A stretch of DNA of 42,107 bases. Source: Acidimicrobiia bacterium. GTDB lineage: Bacteria; Actinomycetota; Acidimicrobiia; Spongiisociales; JAHEDJ01. A program made the position numbers and the translations under genes. Numbering within the stretch: position 1 is the first letter of the stretch; every line of letters begins with the position of its first letter. Below the pieces are notes generated by a model that saw only the letters and a program-made list of their open reading frames with translations, was not told the DNA's origin and ran no database searches. Location of the stretch: NCBI GenBank assembly GCA_029210695.1, contig JARGFH010000033.1, positions 1-42,107 on the forward strand, given 5' to 3'. This document shows, one piece after another, positions 18,301 through 25,192 of the stretch.

Positions 18301-21252
18301 GAGCAAGCCGGGCGCGGCGATGGCGAGCGGCGTGTCCTCGTCCGTCGTGTACGCATCGTCTACTGCCGCCGGGTCGTCGTTGACCGGGGTGATCGTGATG
18401 AGAACGGTCGCCACGTTCGAGATCAGGCCGTCGGAATCGGTCACGGTATAGGTGAACGAATCGGTGGTGGTCTCCGAACCGTTGTGAACATAGGAGAACG
18501 TGCCATCCGGGTTCAGGGTGAGCACACCGTTGGCCGGTCCGGTCACCAGCGCCACCGACCCGGCCGGCACGCCGTCCTCGACATCGGTGTCGTTGGCCTG
18601 CACCGTGGTCGCCGCGCTGTCGAGCACCACCACCGTGCCCCCCTCCGCCACCGTGACCGTATCGTCGACAGCCACCGGCGCGTCGTTGACCGCGCCCACC
18701 GTGATCGTGACCATCGCCGGAGCGCAGGCGCCGCTCGGGTCGCACGCCTCGTAGGTGAACGAGTCGCTGCCGTTGAAGTCGGCATCCGGCAGATACGTGA
18801 ACGAGCCGTCGGCGTTCTGCGTCAGCGTTCCATCGGAAGGACCCGTCAAGGGATTGACCGTCAGGGTGTCGCCTTCGACGTCGGAGTCATTGGCGAGGAT
18901 GCCGGCGGCCGGCACCGTCAGCAGCGTGTCTTCGTCGGTTGAGTAGGAATCGTCGACTGCCACCGGAGCGTCGTTGACTGCGCCAACCGTGATCGTCACC
19001 GTCGCCTGGTCGCACAATCCACCTGCGTCACAGGATTCGTATGTGTACGAGTCGACACCGTTGAAATCGGGATCCGGTGTGTAGACGAAACCGCCGGTGG
19101 AGTTCTGAGCCAGGGTGCCGTCCGAGGGACCGGTCAGGAGAGTGACGGTCAGCGTATCGCCGTCGATATCGGTGTCGTTCCCGAGCAGCCCCGGCGCCGG
19201 CACCGTGATGGCCGTGTCCTCGTCGGTCGTGTACGAGTCGTCGACAGCCACCGGCGCGTCGTTGCGCGGATCCACCGCGATCGTCACCGTGGCCGTGGCG
19301 CACTCACCGTCCGTGTCGCAGATTCCATAGGTGAACGAGTCGCTCCCATTGAAGTCCGGGGCCGGGGTGTAGGTGAACGTTCCGTCGCCGTTGTTCTGGA
19401 GGGTCCCGTTGGCGGGGCCGGACGACAGCGCGGTCGTGGTCGGATCCAGGTTCCCATCCACGTCCGCATCGTTGGCGGCGGCATCGATCGTGACCGGCGT
19501 GTCCTCCGGGGTAGTCGCCGCATCAGCGTTCGCCACCGGCGGGGTATTGACCGTGATCGAAACGGCTGCCGTGTTGTTGGCCGGGGTCCCGTCGCCCGGA
19601 GACGACGCCGACACGGAGGCGGTGTTGGTGATCGTCGCGCCGGCGGTTCCCGACGCGACGGTGGCCGTTATGGAGAGAGTTCTGGAGCCACCCGCAGCCA
19701 GGGCCCCGATCGTCCAGAGGCCGGAGGCAACGCTGTACGAGCCTGAACCGTTGTCCGAGACATAGGTCACACCGGCCGGCAGCAAATCGGCCACTCTGAC
19801 TCCGCTGGCTGCATCGGGACCGTTGTTGGTAACGGTGATCCCGTACGTGATCGTCGCTCCCACCCGGGGCGTGGAGTCGCTGACGGTCTTGATCGCGGAC
19901 AGGTCCGCATTGGCGACCGTCGTCGTAGCGGTGGCCGTGTTATTGGCCGGGGTCGGGTCGGTGGTGGTCGATGCCACGGTGGCGGTATTGGTGAGGGTGC
20001 CGGCAGTGCCACTCGCCACTGTGCCGTTGATCGTGATCGTGGCGGTCTGGCCCTTTGCCATCGTTCCGAGATTGCAGGTGACCGTCGGAGCGGTGAACGT
20101 GCACGATCCAAGAGAGGTCGACGCCGAGGTGTAGGTCACACCCGCCGGAAGCGGATCTGAGACGGTAACGCCGTTGGCGGACGACGCGCCGTTGTTGGTC
20201 ACGTTCAACGAGTAGGCGATCGCCTCGCCCACCCCGGCGGTCGCAGTTGCGGACTTGGTGATGGCGAGGTCGGCACGAGTGACGGCCGTATAGGCAAGAA
20301 AGAGGGTGGACCAATTGTCGTTGTAACGGAAGCTGGATCCTGAGAAGTCGTAGATGAGGGGCCGCAGTGTCCCGGATCCGGCGCCGACCACGTTGACGGT
20401 GAAGGTGACTGCGATGTCTCCGCCCGCCTTGCCCCCCCACAGGAGCGGGCCGATGCAGGATCGGTAGGTGGCACTGGTCGGGACGGCGTCCCAACCGCAG
20501 GCGTCCGCGTGCATCTTGTCGTTCGTCGCTCCGGATGGGGCGGTATAGGCCGCGGCCACGGAGACGATTTGGAAGATAGCCGGGTCGAACGGGACGAGGT
20601 TGACGAGTTGCTCATAGCCGTTCGTGGCGGTGGTCCCGGTGAGCACGAAGGTCGCCTGGGTGCCGACCACGAGATCGCCGGCAGAGGTCTTGGTGAGCGA
20701 GACGGCCTTGTTGTGGAACTGCGAGATGAGCTTCTCAACGTAGAGCTGTCGTGGCCGGGGAGTGGAAGCGGTAGCTGCGTTGCTCGACGTGACTTCGATG
20801 TAGTAACGGCCGGTGGTGTCGAACGCCGCGGCAACCTTGCTGACCGTCACCTTGAAGTAAACCCGGCGACAGGCGCCCGGGGCGAGGTTGCCGATCGTCT
20901 GCGACGCCGGACTTGCCAAGGTGATGTAGGTGGGACTCGTACCATCCCAGCGGAAGGTGGCAACGGCATTCGCAGTGGCCTCTGACCCAGCGTTGCACAC
21001 CCTGGCACCGACGAGGTACTCCGAAGGTCCGGTGGCCGGGCTGTTCGAATCGAGACCGATCATGTCCCAGGTGATTGGCGTGACGGTCAGCGTGGTGGCC
21101 GCCGCCGCAGCGGCGAGAAACGGAGCGGCGAACTGCGACACTACGACGAGGAACGCGATCAATGCCGTCAGCGTCGAACGTCCGCTGATGCGCGTGAAAG
21201 CCGACTGCCTTCCGGCGCCCGCCTTCCGGGAACTGAGATCGGCGATGTTCAC
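9394..21252 (-). CDS. Giant sortase-anchored surface protein / putative adhesin: head domain, 2 DUF11-like domains, ~32 cadherin-like/Ig (Big_9-type) repeats, SdrD-B-like domain, LARTG anchor
   Basis: GTG start with GGAG RBS and signal peptide. ADLAITKS/ADLSAIKT domains, ~95-aa NDAPVAxDD...YTPxxDFxGxDxFTY repeats, ISGVVWMDVDGDG. LARTG (9577-9591) followed by TM helix and RAGRRQER. Contains NNNN gap at 11753-11756. Confidence 0.9.
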   Translation of the reverse strand: MNIADLSSRKAGAGRQSAFTRISGRSTLTALIAFLVVVSQFAAPFLAAAAAATTLTVTPITWDMIGLDSNSPATGPSEYLVGARVCNAGSEATANAVATFRWDGTSPTYITLASPASQTIGNLAPGACRRVYFKVTVSKVAAAFDTTGRYYIEVTSSNAATASTPRPRQLYVEKLISQFHNKAVSLTKTSAGDLVVGTQATFVLTGTTATNGYEQLVNLVPFDPAIFQIVSVAAAYTAPSGATNDKMHADACGWDAVPTSATYRSCIGPLLWGGKAGGDIAVTFTVNVVGAGSGTLRPLIYDFSGSSFRYNDNWSTLFLAYTAVTRADLAITKSATATAGVGEAIAYSLNVTNNGASSANGVTVSDPLPAGVTYTSASTSLGSCTFTAPTVTCNLGTMAKGQTATITINGTVASGTAGTLTNTATVASTTTDPTPANNTATATTTVANADLSAIKTVSDSTPRVGATITYGITVTNNGPDAASGVRVADLLPAGVTYVSDNGSGSYSVASGLWTIGALAAGGSRTLSITATVASGTAGATITNTASVSASSPGDGTPANNTAAVSITVNTPPVANADAATTPEDTPVTIDAAANDADVDGNLDPTTTALSSGPANGTLQNNGDGTFTYTPAPDFNGSDSFTYGICDTDGECATATVTIAVDPRNDAPVAVDDSYTTDEDTAITVPAPGLLGNDTDIDGDTLTVTLLTGPSDGTLAQNSTGGFVYTPDPDFNGVDSYTYESCDAGGLCDQATVTITVGAVNDAPVAVDDSYSTDEDTLLTVPAAGILANDSDVEGDTLTVNPLTGPSDGTLTQNADGSFTYLPDADFNGSDSFTYEACDPSGACAPAMVTITVGAVNDAPVAVDDTVTVAEGGTVVVLDSAATTVQANDTDVEDGVPAGSVALVTGPANGVLTLNPDGTFSYVHNGSETTTDSFTYTVTDSDGLISNVATVLITITPVNDDPAAVDDAYTTDEDTPLAIAAPGLLDNDTDGESDPLTVTGIDVTGTTGTVTWNADGSFGYTPAANFNGVDTFTYDIADGNGGADTATVTITVDPVNDDPVAVDDSYSTNEDTALTLPVPGVLGNDSDVDGDPLLVDSYTQPPNGSVSVSADGSLTYTPDADFNGTDTFDYTISDGNGGTATATVTIAVDPVNDAPVATDGVYLTEEDTPVAGNILTDDTGAGVDFDVDGDPLSVALLSDVSNGTLTLNTNGTFDYTPNSDFSGTDTFWYTLSDGNLGFDAAQVTITVDAGPDAVDDTYTTDEDTPATFAVSVLTNDDQGDAPATVTAFDTTGTLGVVSVAADGTVSYDPDGRFERLAVGETVTDTFTYTITDADGDTSTATVTVNIDGVNDTPAAVDDAYSTTEDTPLSVPADGVLGNDSDIDGDTLVVDSYTQPANGIVTVNADGSLTYTPAADFNGDDTFTYTVSDGNGGTATATVTVTVVEANDPPVAGDDPATTPEDTPVTIDAAANDTDVDGNLDPTTAAVLSGPANGALQNNGDGTFTYTPDPDFNGIDAFTYEICDTIGACDQATVTITVVPTPDLVDDTYSTDEDTALVIPGPGVLANDDLGDGLDTLTVTTSPADGTLALNSDGSFTYTPDANSNGSDSFTYEACDINGACDTATVTITVGAVNDAPVAVDDTVTVAEGGTVVVLDSAATTVQANDTDVEDGVPAGSVALVTGPANGVLTLNPDGTFSYVHNGSETTTDSFTYTVTDSDGLISNVATVLITITPVNDDPTAVDDSVTTDEDLDVVIAVLGNDSDVDGDPLAVVSATTPANGSVTINADGTITYAPDADFNGTDSFDYTISDGNGGTATATVTITVDPVNDAPIAADDFDITGQDVAVSTGVLGNDTDLDGLIDPTTVTVGNGVNGLLEPLNGWVTVNLDGTVTYNPNAGFTGIDVYEYEVCDNGTPVECDTAMVTITIVPDIPPTAVDDSATTPEDAPVTVDVVANDTDIDGTVDPTTVAIDGPPTNGTVAVDPITGEITYTPDPDFFGTDTFTYTVADDDRVVSAPATVTITVTPVDDLPLAVDDTNSVPEDGGPVSGNVLGNDTGLGDGGITVTLIADVAGGTLALSSDGTYDYTPDPDFAGTDTFIYEVCDVDGDCAQATVTITVVGSNDAPVAVDDPATTDEDVPVTITVLANDSDVDGDGLVVASVSDPATGSAVVNADGTVTYTPDADFSGVDTFIYEISDGNGGTATATVTVTVDPINDAPDAVGDAYSTNADTVLNVAAPGVLANDADIDGDLPTVATIDTTGTAGTVTVNSNGSFDYDPAGAYAALPPGVPADDTFTYEISDGRGGVDTATVTITVIGTGDAPQATDDSTTTFEDTPVMIEVVSNDFDIDGDLDPTAVTVDSPPASGIATVNADGTITYAPNGDFFGTDTFTYEICDNTGLCDTATVTVTVSAVEDAPVARDDAGTTDEDVAVTVPVLANDSDAEGNLDPSTLALLTDPADGIATVNADGTITYAPNGDFFGTDTFTYEICDNTGLCDTATVTVIVNSINDAPDAIDDTETTDEDTAVVISVQGNDDDPDGDALTTAAVGTPTNGGAAINPDGTITYTPDADFWGADSFTYTVCDPLGLCDTATVTVTVNDVNDPPVANDDATTTDEDVPVAVDLDVNDADLDGAVDPASVVVVDVPANGTITAINSDGSVEYTPNPGFWGTDSFTYTVLDDDGAVSNVAIVTITVNSVNDVPEASDDSATTDEDTPVTIAVQGNDTDPDGDALTTTIVSQPARGSVGVNVDGSVDYTPEADFFGADAFVYEVCDADLACDQATVTVTVNDVNDPPVANDDAASVEEGGTFSITVDVLANDSDVDGTLVEASVTVGDGVNGLFEPANGSLVVNAGGTITYTPVAGFAGTDTFEYEVCDDDGACDTATVTILVTDNTPPVPVDDPATTGEDAPVTIPVLDNDIDPDGDSLTVDSVTQPANGSVAVNPDGTVAYTPNADFFGTDTFTYAACDDGIPAECATATVAVTVTPVNDAPVAGDDLATTDEDVAVVVNLVGNDSDLEDVIVDPATVVVTSGPADGTLVVYADGTVLYMPAAGWWGTDTFTYTVDDFDGLTSNEATVTVTVNSINDAPQATDDPATTGEDTPVTIPVLDNDGDPDGDLLTVDSVTQPANGSVAVNPDGTVAYTPNADFFGTDTFTYTVCDPDGLCDXXVAYTPNADFFGTDTFTYTVCDPDGLCDTGLVTIDVTPVNDPPVAINETPVTDEDTPISFNVLANDTDPEGDTLTVDSWTNPINGTITLDPVTGAVTYTPDPGFFGNDSFIYTVCDAGTPQLCAAATVEIDVLPVNDPPVVAPDSAATDEGTPVTITVLGNDSDPDGDSLAVNIVTPPANGAVTVNGDGTVTYAPEANFSGTDTFDYEACDPSGACATTTAVVTVAPVNDAPVVVNDLVTTDEDTPVTIILLGNDSDPEGDTLTVTSVTAPANGTIGINADGTITYTPAPDFNGTDAFTYTVCDPSDACATATVSVIITPANDGPVAVDDTIATEGPVTIPVLANDSDIDGDTLSVTSATSPADGVITINADGTITYTPDPAFEGVDTFTYTVCDTSDSCDTAGVTVAVAQLGRISGVVWMDVDGDGLFDSGEFDLSNIAIEFTCAGADGIVGTTDDIELPSAFTGSPYLATDVPPGFCRVSVDTSTLPAGLVPTFDIDGGSDAAALMLVGPGSTVGGIDFGFTDVNDPPVAVDDEAETAEDTAVTIPVVSNDSDPEGEPLTITSLSQPANGSVAINADGTVTYTPKAGFSGIDLINYTVCDAVGQCATAAVTITVSAVNDAPVVTTTDIRVTVGDSLPALGSFDSEGNSYRLVILSGALPAGITMNPDGTFAGRTSVTALLTLTIEACDDLGACAIYTVFIDVLPPALASLDNGDTVPATLARTGMDSDALVLFAGILLALGLAIVMRAGRRQERSAILPQVAGCGKATRPSHQTPKPNMWWGSE
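16042..16380. repeat. 339-bp direct repeat, copy 1 (copy 2 at 18370-18708)
   Basis: Sequences appear identical by eye at offset 2328; one whole Ig repeat. Confidence 0.9.
18370..18708. repeat. 339-bp direct repeat, copy 2
   Basis: Matches 16042-16380. Confidence 0.9.
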
Positions 21253-21498
21253 GTACCTGCTCCGTTGCGGCTGTGGAGCGCCTTCATGCTCGAGGGGCTG
21301 GCCGGGCCGACTGCCCCGCCCGACCGACGGATATCGAACACGCTCGACGCGAAAAATGGAATTAGCTCAACGTTGGTTTCCTGCACTGCCATGGGTATTC
21401 ATCGAACCGCCGGACGCGCCTCTGGAGTGCCATCCCACACGTGCTCACAATGACTAGTCCCTAGCGCCCAGGGCTACTCGCGACGTAGAATCGAAACC

Positions 21499-22284
21499 AT
21501 GCGATCGATCTGGAAGGGGGCCATCAGCTTCGGCCTAGTCACCATTCCGGTTGGCCTCTACTCGGCCACCGAAAATCGGACACCGAAGTTCAAGATGCTC
21601 CGGCAAACCGACGGCAGTCCGATCAAGTACAAACGCGTCGCCGAAGCGGACGGCCAGGAGGTGGTCTGGGACGACATCGTGCGTGGCTTTGAGATCGAAA
21701 AAGGTCGCTACGTTGTGTTCACCGACGAAGAGCTCCAGTCGGCTACGGCCAAAGGGGCCGCCAAGGCGGTCGACGTCGTGCAATTCGTGGACCAGTCGGA
21801 GATCGACCCGATGTATTACAAGTCCTCGTACTACCTCGCTCCGGAACAAACAGGCGTCAAGGCCTATCACATCCTCCTGGAGGCACTGGCCGCTTCGGGG
21901 AAGATCGGTCTCGCCAGAGTGGCACTGCGCGACAAACAGTACATGGCCACGGTCCGCCCCAACAACGGTGTGCTGGTTCTCGAGACGATGTATTGGCCGG
22001 ACGAGATCAGGGAGGCCCGGTTCGAGGAACTCGACACCGCGGTGGAGGTCAGGGAAGAAGAGGCCAAGATGGCCAACATGATCATCGAGAACCTCTCCCG
22101 GGATTTCGACCCCGCCGAGTGGACCGACCACACCCGTGAATCCATCGAGGAACTCGCCCAGAAGAAGATCGAAGGCGAAGAGATAATCGCACCGGAGTCG
22201 CCGGAGCCGACCAAGGTGATCGATCTCCTCGAAGCCCTCAAGGCAAGCGTCGAGGCCACCAAAGCCAAACGAGCAGCCAGCTAG
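21499..22284 (+). CDS. ku: Non-homologous end joining protein Ku
   Basis: MRSIWKGAISFGLVTIPV, IDPMYYKSSYYLAP, LETMYWPDEIR, VIDLLEALKASV. TAGAAT 7 nt before the ATG suggests a leaderless transcript. Confidence 0.96.
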   Translation: MRSIWKGAISFGLVTIPVGLYSATENRTPKFKMLRQTDGSPIKYKRVAEADGQEVVWDDIVRGFEIEKGRYVVFTDEELQSATAKGAAKAVDVVQFVDQSEIDPMYYKSSYYLAPEQTGVKAYHILLEALAASGKIGLARVALRDKQYMATVRPNNGVLVLETMYWPDEIREARFEELDTAVEVREEEAKMANMIIENLSRDFDPAEWTDHTRESIEELAQKKIEGEEIIAPESPEPTKVIDLLEALKASVEATKAKRAAS

Positions 22285-22326
22285 AAGGGCAATAGGCGAA
22301 TAGGCCATACGCATGGCCGAGAACGG

Positions 22327-22371
22327 TGTATCTGTGATGTATATGTAATGTATACGTATTGGTGCTACACT
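22327..22371 (+). promoter_or_regulatory. Three 11-bp direct repeats plus -10 box upstream of parA (putative operator/centromere)
   Basis: TGTATCTGTGA TGTATATGTAA TGTATACGTAT (22327-22359), AT-rich in a GC-rich genome. TGc-TACACT at 22363-22371, 6 nt before the ATG. Confidence 0.65.
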
Positions 22372-22377
22372 GCCCTG

Positions 22378-23310
22378 ATGCTTTCGAACGGGCTGGTGGT
22401 CGCCAATGGCAAGGGCGGCGTCGGCAAGACCACCATCGTCGCCAATGTCGCCGGGATGGCCTCCGCCGCCGGGTGGCGGGTCCTGGCAGTCGATCTCGAT
22501 CCCCAGGGCAACCTTGGATCCGACCTCGGGTTCAAGCAGCGCGGCCTCGACGATGGGGGTGCCGGCCTGCGCGATGCCGTTGCCTTCGGTGCACCTCTGA
22601 CTCCTCTTCGTGACGTTCGACCTGGTCTCGATGCCATCCCGGCCGGCCCGGCGACGCCGGAGCTCATCACCGCTCTCTCCCTCGATCCTTCCGGCGGGCG
22701 CCACGCGCTGCGCTACGCACTCGAACCGCTCGCCGGGAACTACGACCTGATCGTGATGGACTGCCCTCCGGCCGGCGGAATCATGGTTGACGCCGCGCTC
22801 ACCGCCGGGCACTGGTTGGTCATTCCCGTCAAATACGACGACGGGTCACTCGACGGTCTCGAACTCATGGCCCGGCAGTTCGGCGGAGTCCGAACGGTCG
22901 ACAACCCCGGCCTCGAATTGCTCGGTGTCGCCCTCTTCGATTTCAGCCTGGCCGGCAAGCTCATCCGGCGAGAGGTCCGCAAGTCCCTCGAGTCCGAACT
23001 CGGAGATCCCCGGCTGATCTTCGAAGCCGTTATTCGTCGATCCGAACGCGGCGCCTTCGATATGAGACGGCGCGGGATCCTTAGCCACGAGTACCAGAAG
23101 CAGGCCGATCACCAGCAACGGACCGTGACCGTGGGTGAGCGCATCAAAGCGGCGCGAGCCGGCCGGCCGGTTGAACAGTTCTCGTCTGCGGCGGATGGTC
23201 TGGCAGAGGATTACGAAAACCTGACTCGTGAGATCCTGACCCGGATCGGATTGAAGGAACCGCCCCGGCCATTTGCGGTGGTCGACGGCGACCCATGGGC
23301 CGGGTCATGA
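22378..23310 (+). CDS. ParA/Soj-family ATPase (plasmid type Ib-like)
   Basis: Deviant Walker A NGKGGVGKTT, VDLDPQGN, Walker B YDLIVMDCPP; no N-terminal HTH. Confidence 0.92.
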   Translation: MLSNGLVVANGKGGVGKTTIVANVAGMASAAGWRVLAVDLDPQGNLGSDLGFKQRGLDDGGAGLRDAVAFGAPLTPLRDVRPGLDAIPAGPATPELITALSLDPSGGRHALRYALEPLAGNYDLIVMDCPPAGGIMVDAALTAGHWLVIPVKYDDGSLDGLELMARQFGGVRTVDNPGLELLGVALFDFSLAGKLIRREVRKSLESELGDPRLIFEAVIRRSERGAFDMRRRGILSHEYQKQADHQQRTVTVGERIKAARAGRPVEQFSSAADGLAEDYENLTREILTRIGLKEPPRPFAVVDGDPWAGS

Positions 23311-23801
23311 GCCGCAGACGCGACCTGAGCGGCTTCGGGGCGAAGTCACAGCCAGCACCGCAACCTGCGCAGGCGCCCGAGGCTCATCCCCCGGCCGCCG
23401 GCGAGACGCCCTCCCCCCGGTCGCCCCGCGCTCCGAAGAAGCGAACTCGCCTGCCGGCTCCGTCCACCCGAAAGAGCCAGACCCGTCGTATCACGCTCTC
23501 GCTGCCCACGACGCTGGCGAGCGAGCTCAAGGCGGTGACTCGGCGGGATGCGACCTACTACATCGACATCATCCTCAATGCTCTGGTGGATCACGCCGGG
23601 CCACTTCGAGACCAGCGGACGGCCGCGCGCCGCCTGGGTACGCTGAAGGTTGTCGCTCCACGTCGGCGTCGACCACCGGGCCGAACCCAGGTGCCGCTCA
23701 ACATCGGGGAAGAGGCGCTGGCTCAAATCGACCAAGCCGCCCGGGAACTCGGGATGAACCGGTCGGCGTATGTTGCGGAGTTACTCGAGCGCGCCCTCTG
23801 A
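23307..23801 (+). CDS. Putative ParG-like protein with two ribbon-helix-helix motifs
   Basis: ATGA coupling to parA. Flexible Pro/Arg-rich N-terminus, then RITLSLPTTLASELKAV...IILNAL and TQVPLNIGEEALAQIDQAARELGMNRSAYVAELLERAL. Confidence 0.7.
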   Translation: MSRRRDLSGFGAKSQPAPQPAQAPEAHPPAAGETPSPRSPRAPKKRTRLPAPSTRKSQTRRITLSLPTTLASELKAVTRRDATYYIDIILNALVDHAGPLRDQRTAARRLGTLKVVAPRRRRPPGRTQVPLNIGEEALAQIDQAARELGMNRSAYVAELLERAL

Positions 23802-24740
23802 GGCTGGGCCTTCTGCCAGCCAGGTAACCGCATTCGGATCGACCAGGTCGATCCCTTCGAAGACCGGGGCGCGGAGCCGGCCGGCAACTGTCCAGTTCTT
23901 GAATGTGATACGCGCCACCAATCCCGGATGGACCCACCGCGCCTGGCCCGGGTCGCCTGCCCCGTCGAATGGCGATCGGGTGGCCTGCAGGTCGTCCAGC
24001 GCGCTGCGGATGGCTTCGAGCGCTCGATCATCGAACCCGGTGCCGACCCGACCGATGTAGCGAAGTGCCTCCCCATCGAAGAGCCCGAGCAGCAGGCTCC
24101 CGAAGCTGCTCGCCCGTCCGCCCTCTCCCGGCACGAAGCCGCCGACGACGGCCCGGAGGCGATTGATCACGGCGACCTTCCGCCAGTCGGGCGACCGGAC
24201 CCCCGGTCGATAGCGGGAACCCAGCCGTTTGGCGACGATGCCTTCCATCGCCGAGGCCCGGACGGCTTCGAACAACTCGACGCCGTCGCCGGCGGTCTGG
24301 GCGGAGACAACCACCAGACCCGGTTCGATCTGCGACAGCCGTCCGGTCCGATCCTCGAGCGGGTGCGTCAACAAGGGTTCGCCGTCGTAGAGCACGTCGA
24401 AAGCCAGCACGGAGATCGGGACCGATCGAGCCATAGCGCCCGCCTGCCGGCCCGTCGCTCCAATGCGCGATTGGAGCAGTTCGAACGACGGCACCCCGGT
24501 CGAGTCGAAGGCGACGATCTCGCCGTCGATCAGTCCGGGACGCGGCCACCGGAAGGCAGACAGTTCCGGGAAGGCCGGCAGCAGGTCGTTGCCGGTACGG
24601 CTCCCCGCCCGGACCGCCGTTCCGTCCCAACCCAGCACCGTCCGTACACCATCCCATTTGGCCTCAAACACCCACCCGGGGTCGGAAAACGGTTCCCGCC
24701 ACGGCATGGCCAGCATGGGAGAGTACGTCGGAAGCGTCAC
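23781..24740 (-). CDS. ATP-dependent DNA ligase (stand-alone LigD-type ligase domain)
   Basis: EAKWDGVR adenylation motif, IDGEIV, AFDVL, EGIVAKR, YRPGVRSPDWRK, GSLLLG, GRVGTGF, LRAPVF. Confidence 0.93.
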   Translation of the reverse strand: MTLPTYSPMLAMPWREPFSDPGWVFEAKWDGVRTVLGWDGTAVRAGSRTGNDLLPAFPELSAFRWPRPGLIDGEIVAFDSTGVPSFELLQSRIGATGRQAGAMARSVPISVLAFDVLYDGEPLLTHPLEDRTGRLSQIEPGLVVVSAQTAGDGVELFEAVRASAMEGIVAKRLGSRYRPGVRSPDWRKVAVINRLRAVVGGFVPGEGGRASSFGSLLLGLFDGEALRYIGRVGTGFDDRALEAIRSALDDLQATRSPFDGAGDPGQARWVHPGLVARITFKNWTVAGRLRAPVFEGIDLVDPNAVTWLAEGPASEGALE

Positions 24741-25192
24741 TCGAGTTCGGCACGCACCAGGCGGTTGACGAGTGCGCCGTCGACCTCACCTTTGTGTGAC
24801 TTCATGAGGAATCCGACCACCTTGCCGGCTTCCTTGGGCTCGGTAGCGGACAGCTCGGTGATGGCGCCCTTGACCAACTCGAGTGTGGCCGCCTCATCGA
24901 GCATCTTCGGGAGCCAGCGACCCAGATACTCGACCTCGAATCCGAGGCGTCCGGCCATCTGCTCGCCGCGTTCGCCGAGGGCCGCGTATTCGAGCCGCGA
25001 CTTGTCCATCTTCTTGACGAATGAGGCGATGACGGCTTGATAGAAGGAATCGTCGGTTTCGCCGGCGAAGCCCGGCTCGCTCTTGGCACGGGCAGCCTCA
25101 GTCTGGACGGCGCGAATCACGTTCTTGCGTGGACCGTCACCAGCCCGAAGGGCGTCCTTCAGTTCTTCTGCGAGTTCCTGTTGAATGCTCAT
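24737..25192 (-). CDS. GatB/YqeY domain protein
   Basis: LKDALRAGD...EVEYLGRWLPKML...GKVVGFLMKSHKGEVDGALVNRLVR. Confidence 0.9.
   Translation of the reverse strand: MSIQQELAEELKDALRAGDGPRKNVIRAVQTEAARAKSEPGFAGETDDSFYQAVIASFVKKMDKSRLEYAALGERGEQMAGRLGFEVEYLGRWLPKMLDEAATLELVKGAITELSATEPKEAGKVVGFLMKSHKGEVDGALVNRLVRAELE

Noticed and set aside
9209..21252. Giant gene as a tRNA-integrated genomic island
   Set aside because: It lies on the 5' side of tRNA-Arg; I saw no integrase and no duplicated tRNA 3' end.
9686..21457. Many 60-385 aa ORFs antisense or out of frame within the giant gene (and similar ones over other genes, e.g. 21535-22812, 23928-25040, 26935-28152)
   Set aside because: Shadow ORFs expected from high-GC codon bias; no recognisable motifs.
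21253..21498. Riboswitch (e.g. c-di-GMP) upstream of the adhesin
   Set aside because: No recognisable conserved core by eye; an Rfam/Infernal scan would be needed to exclude it fully.
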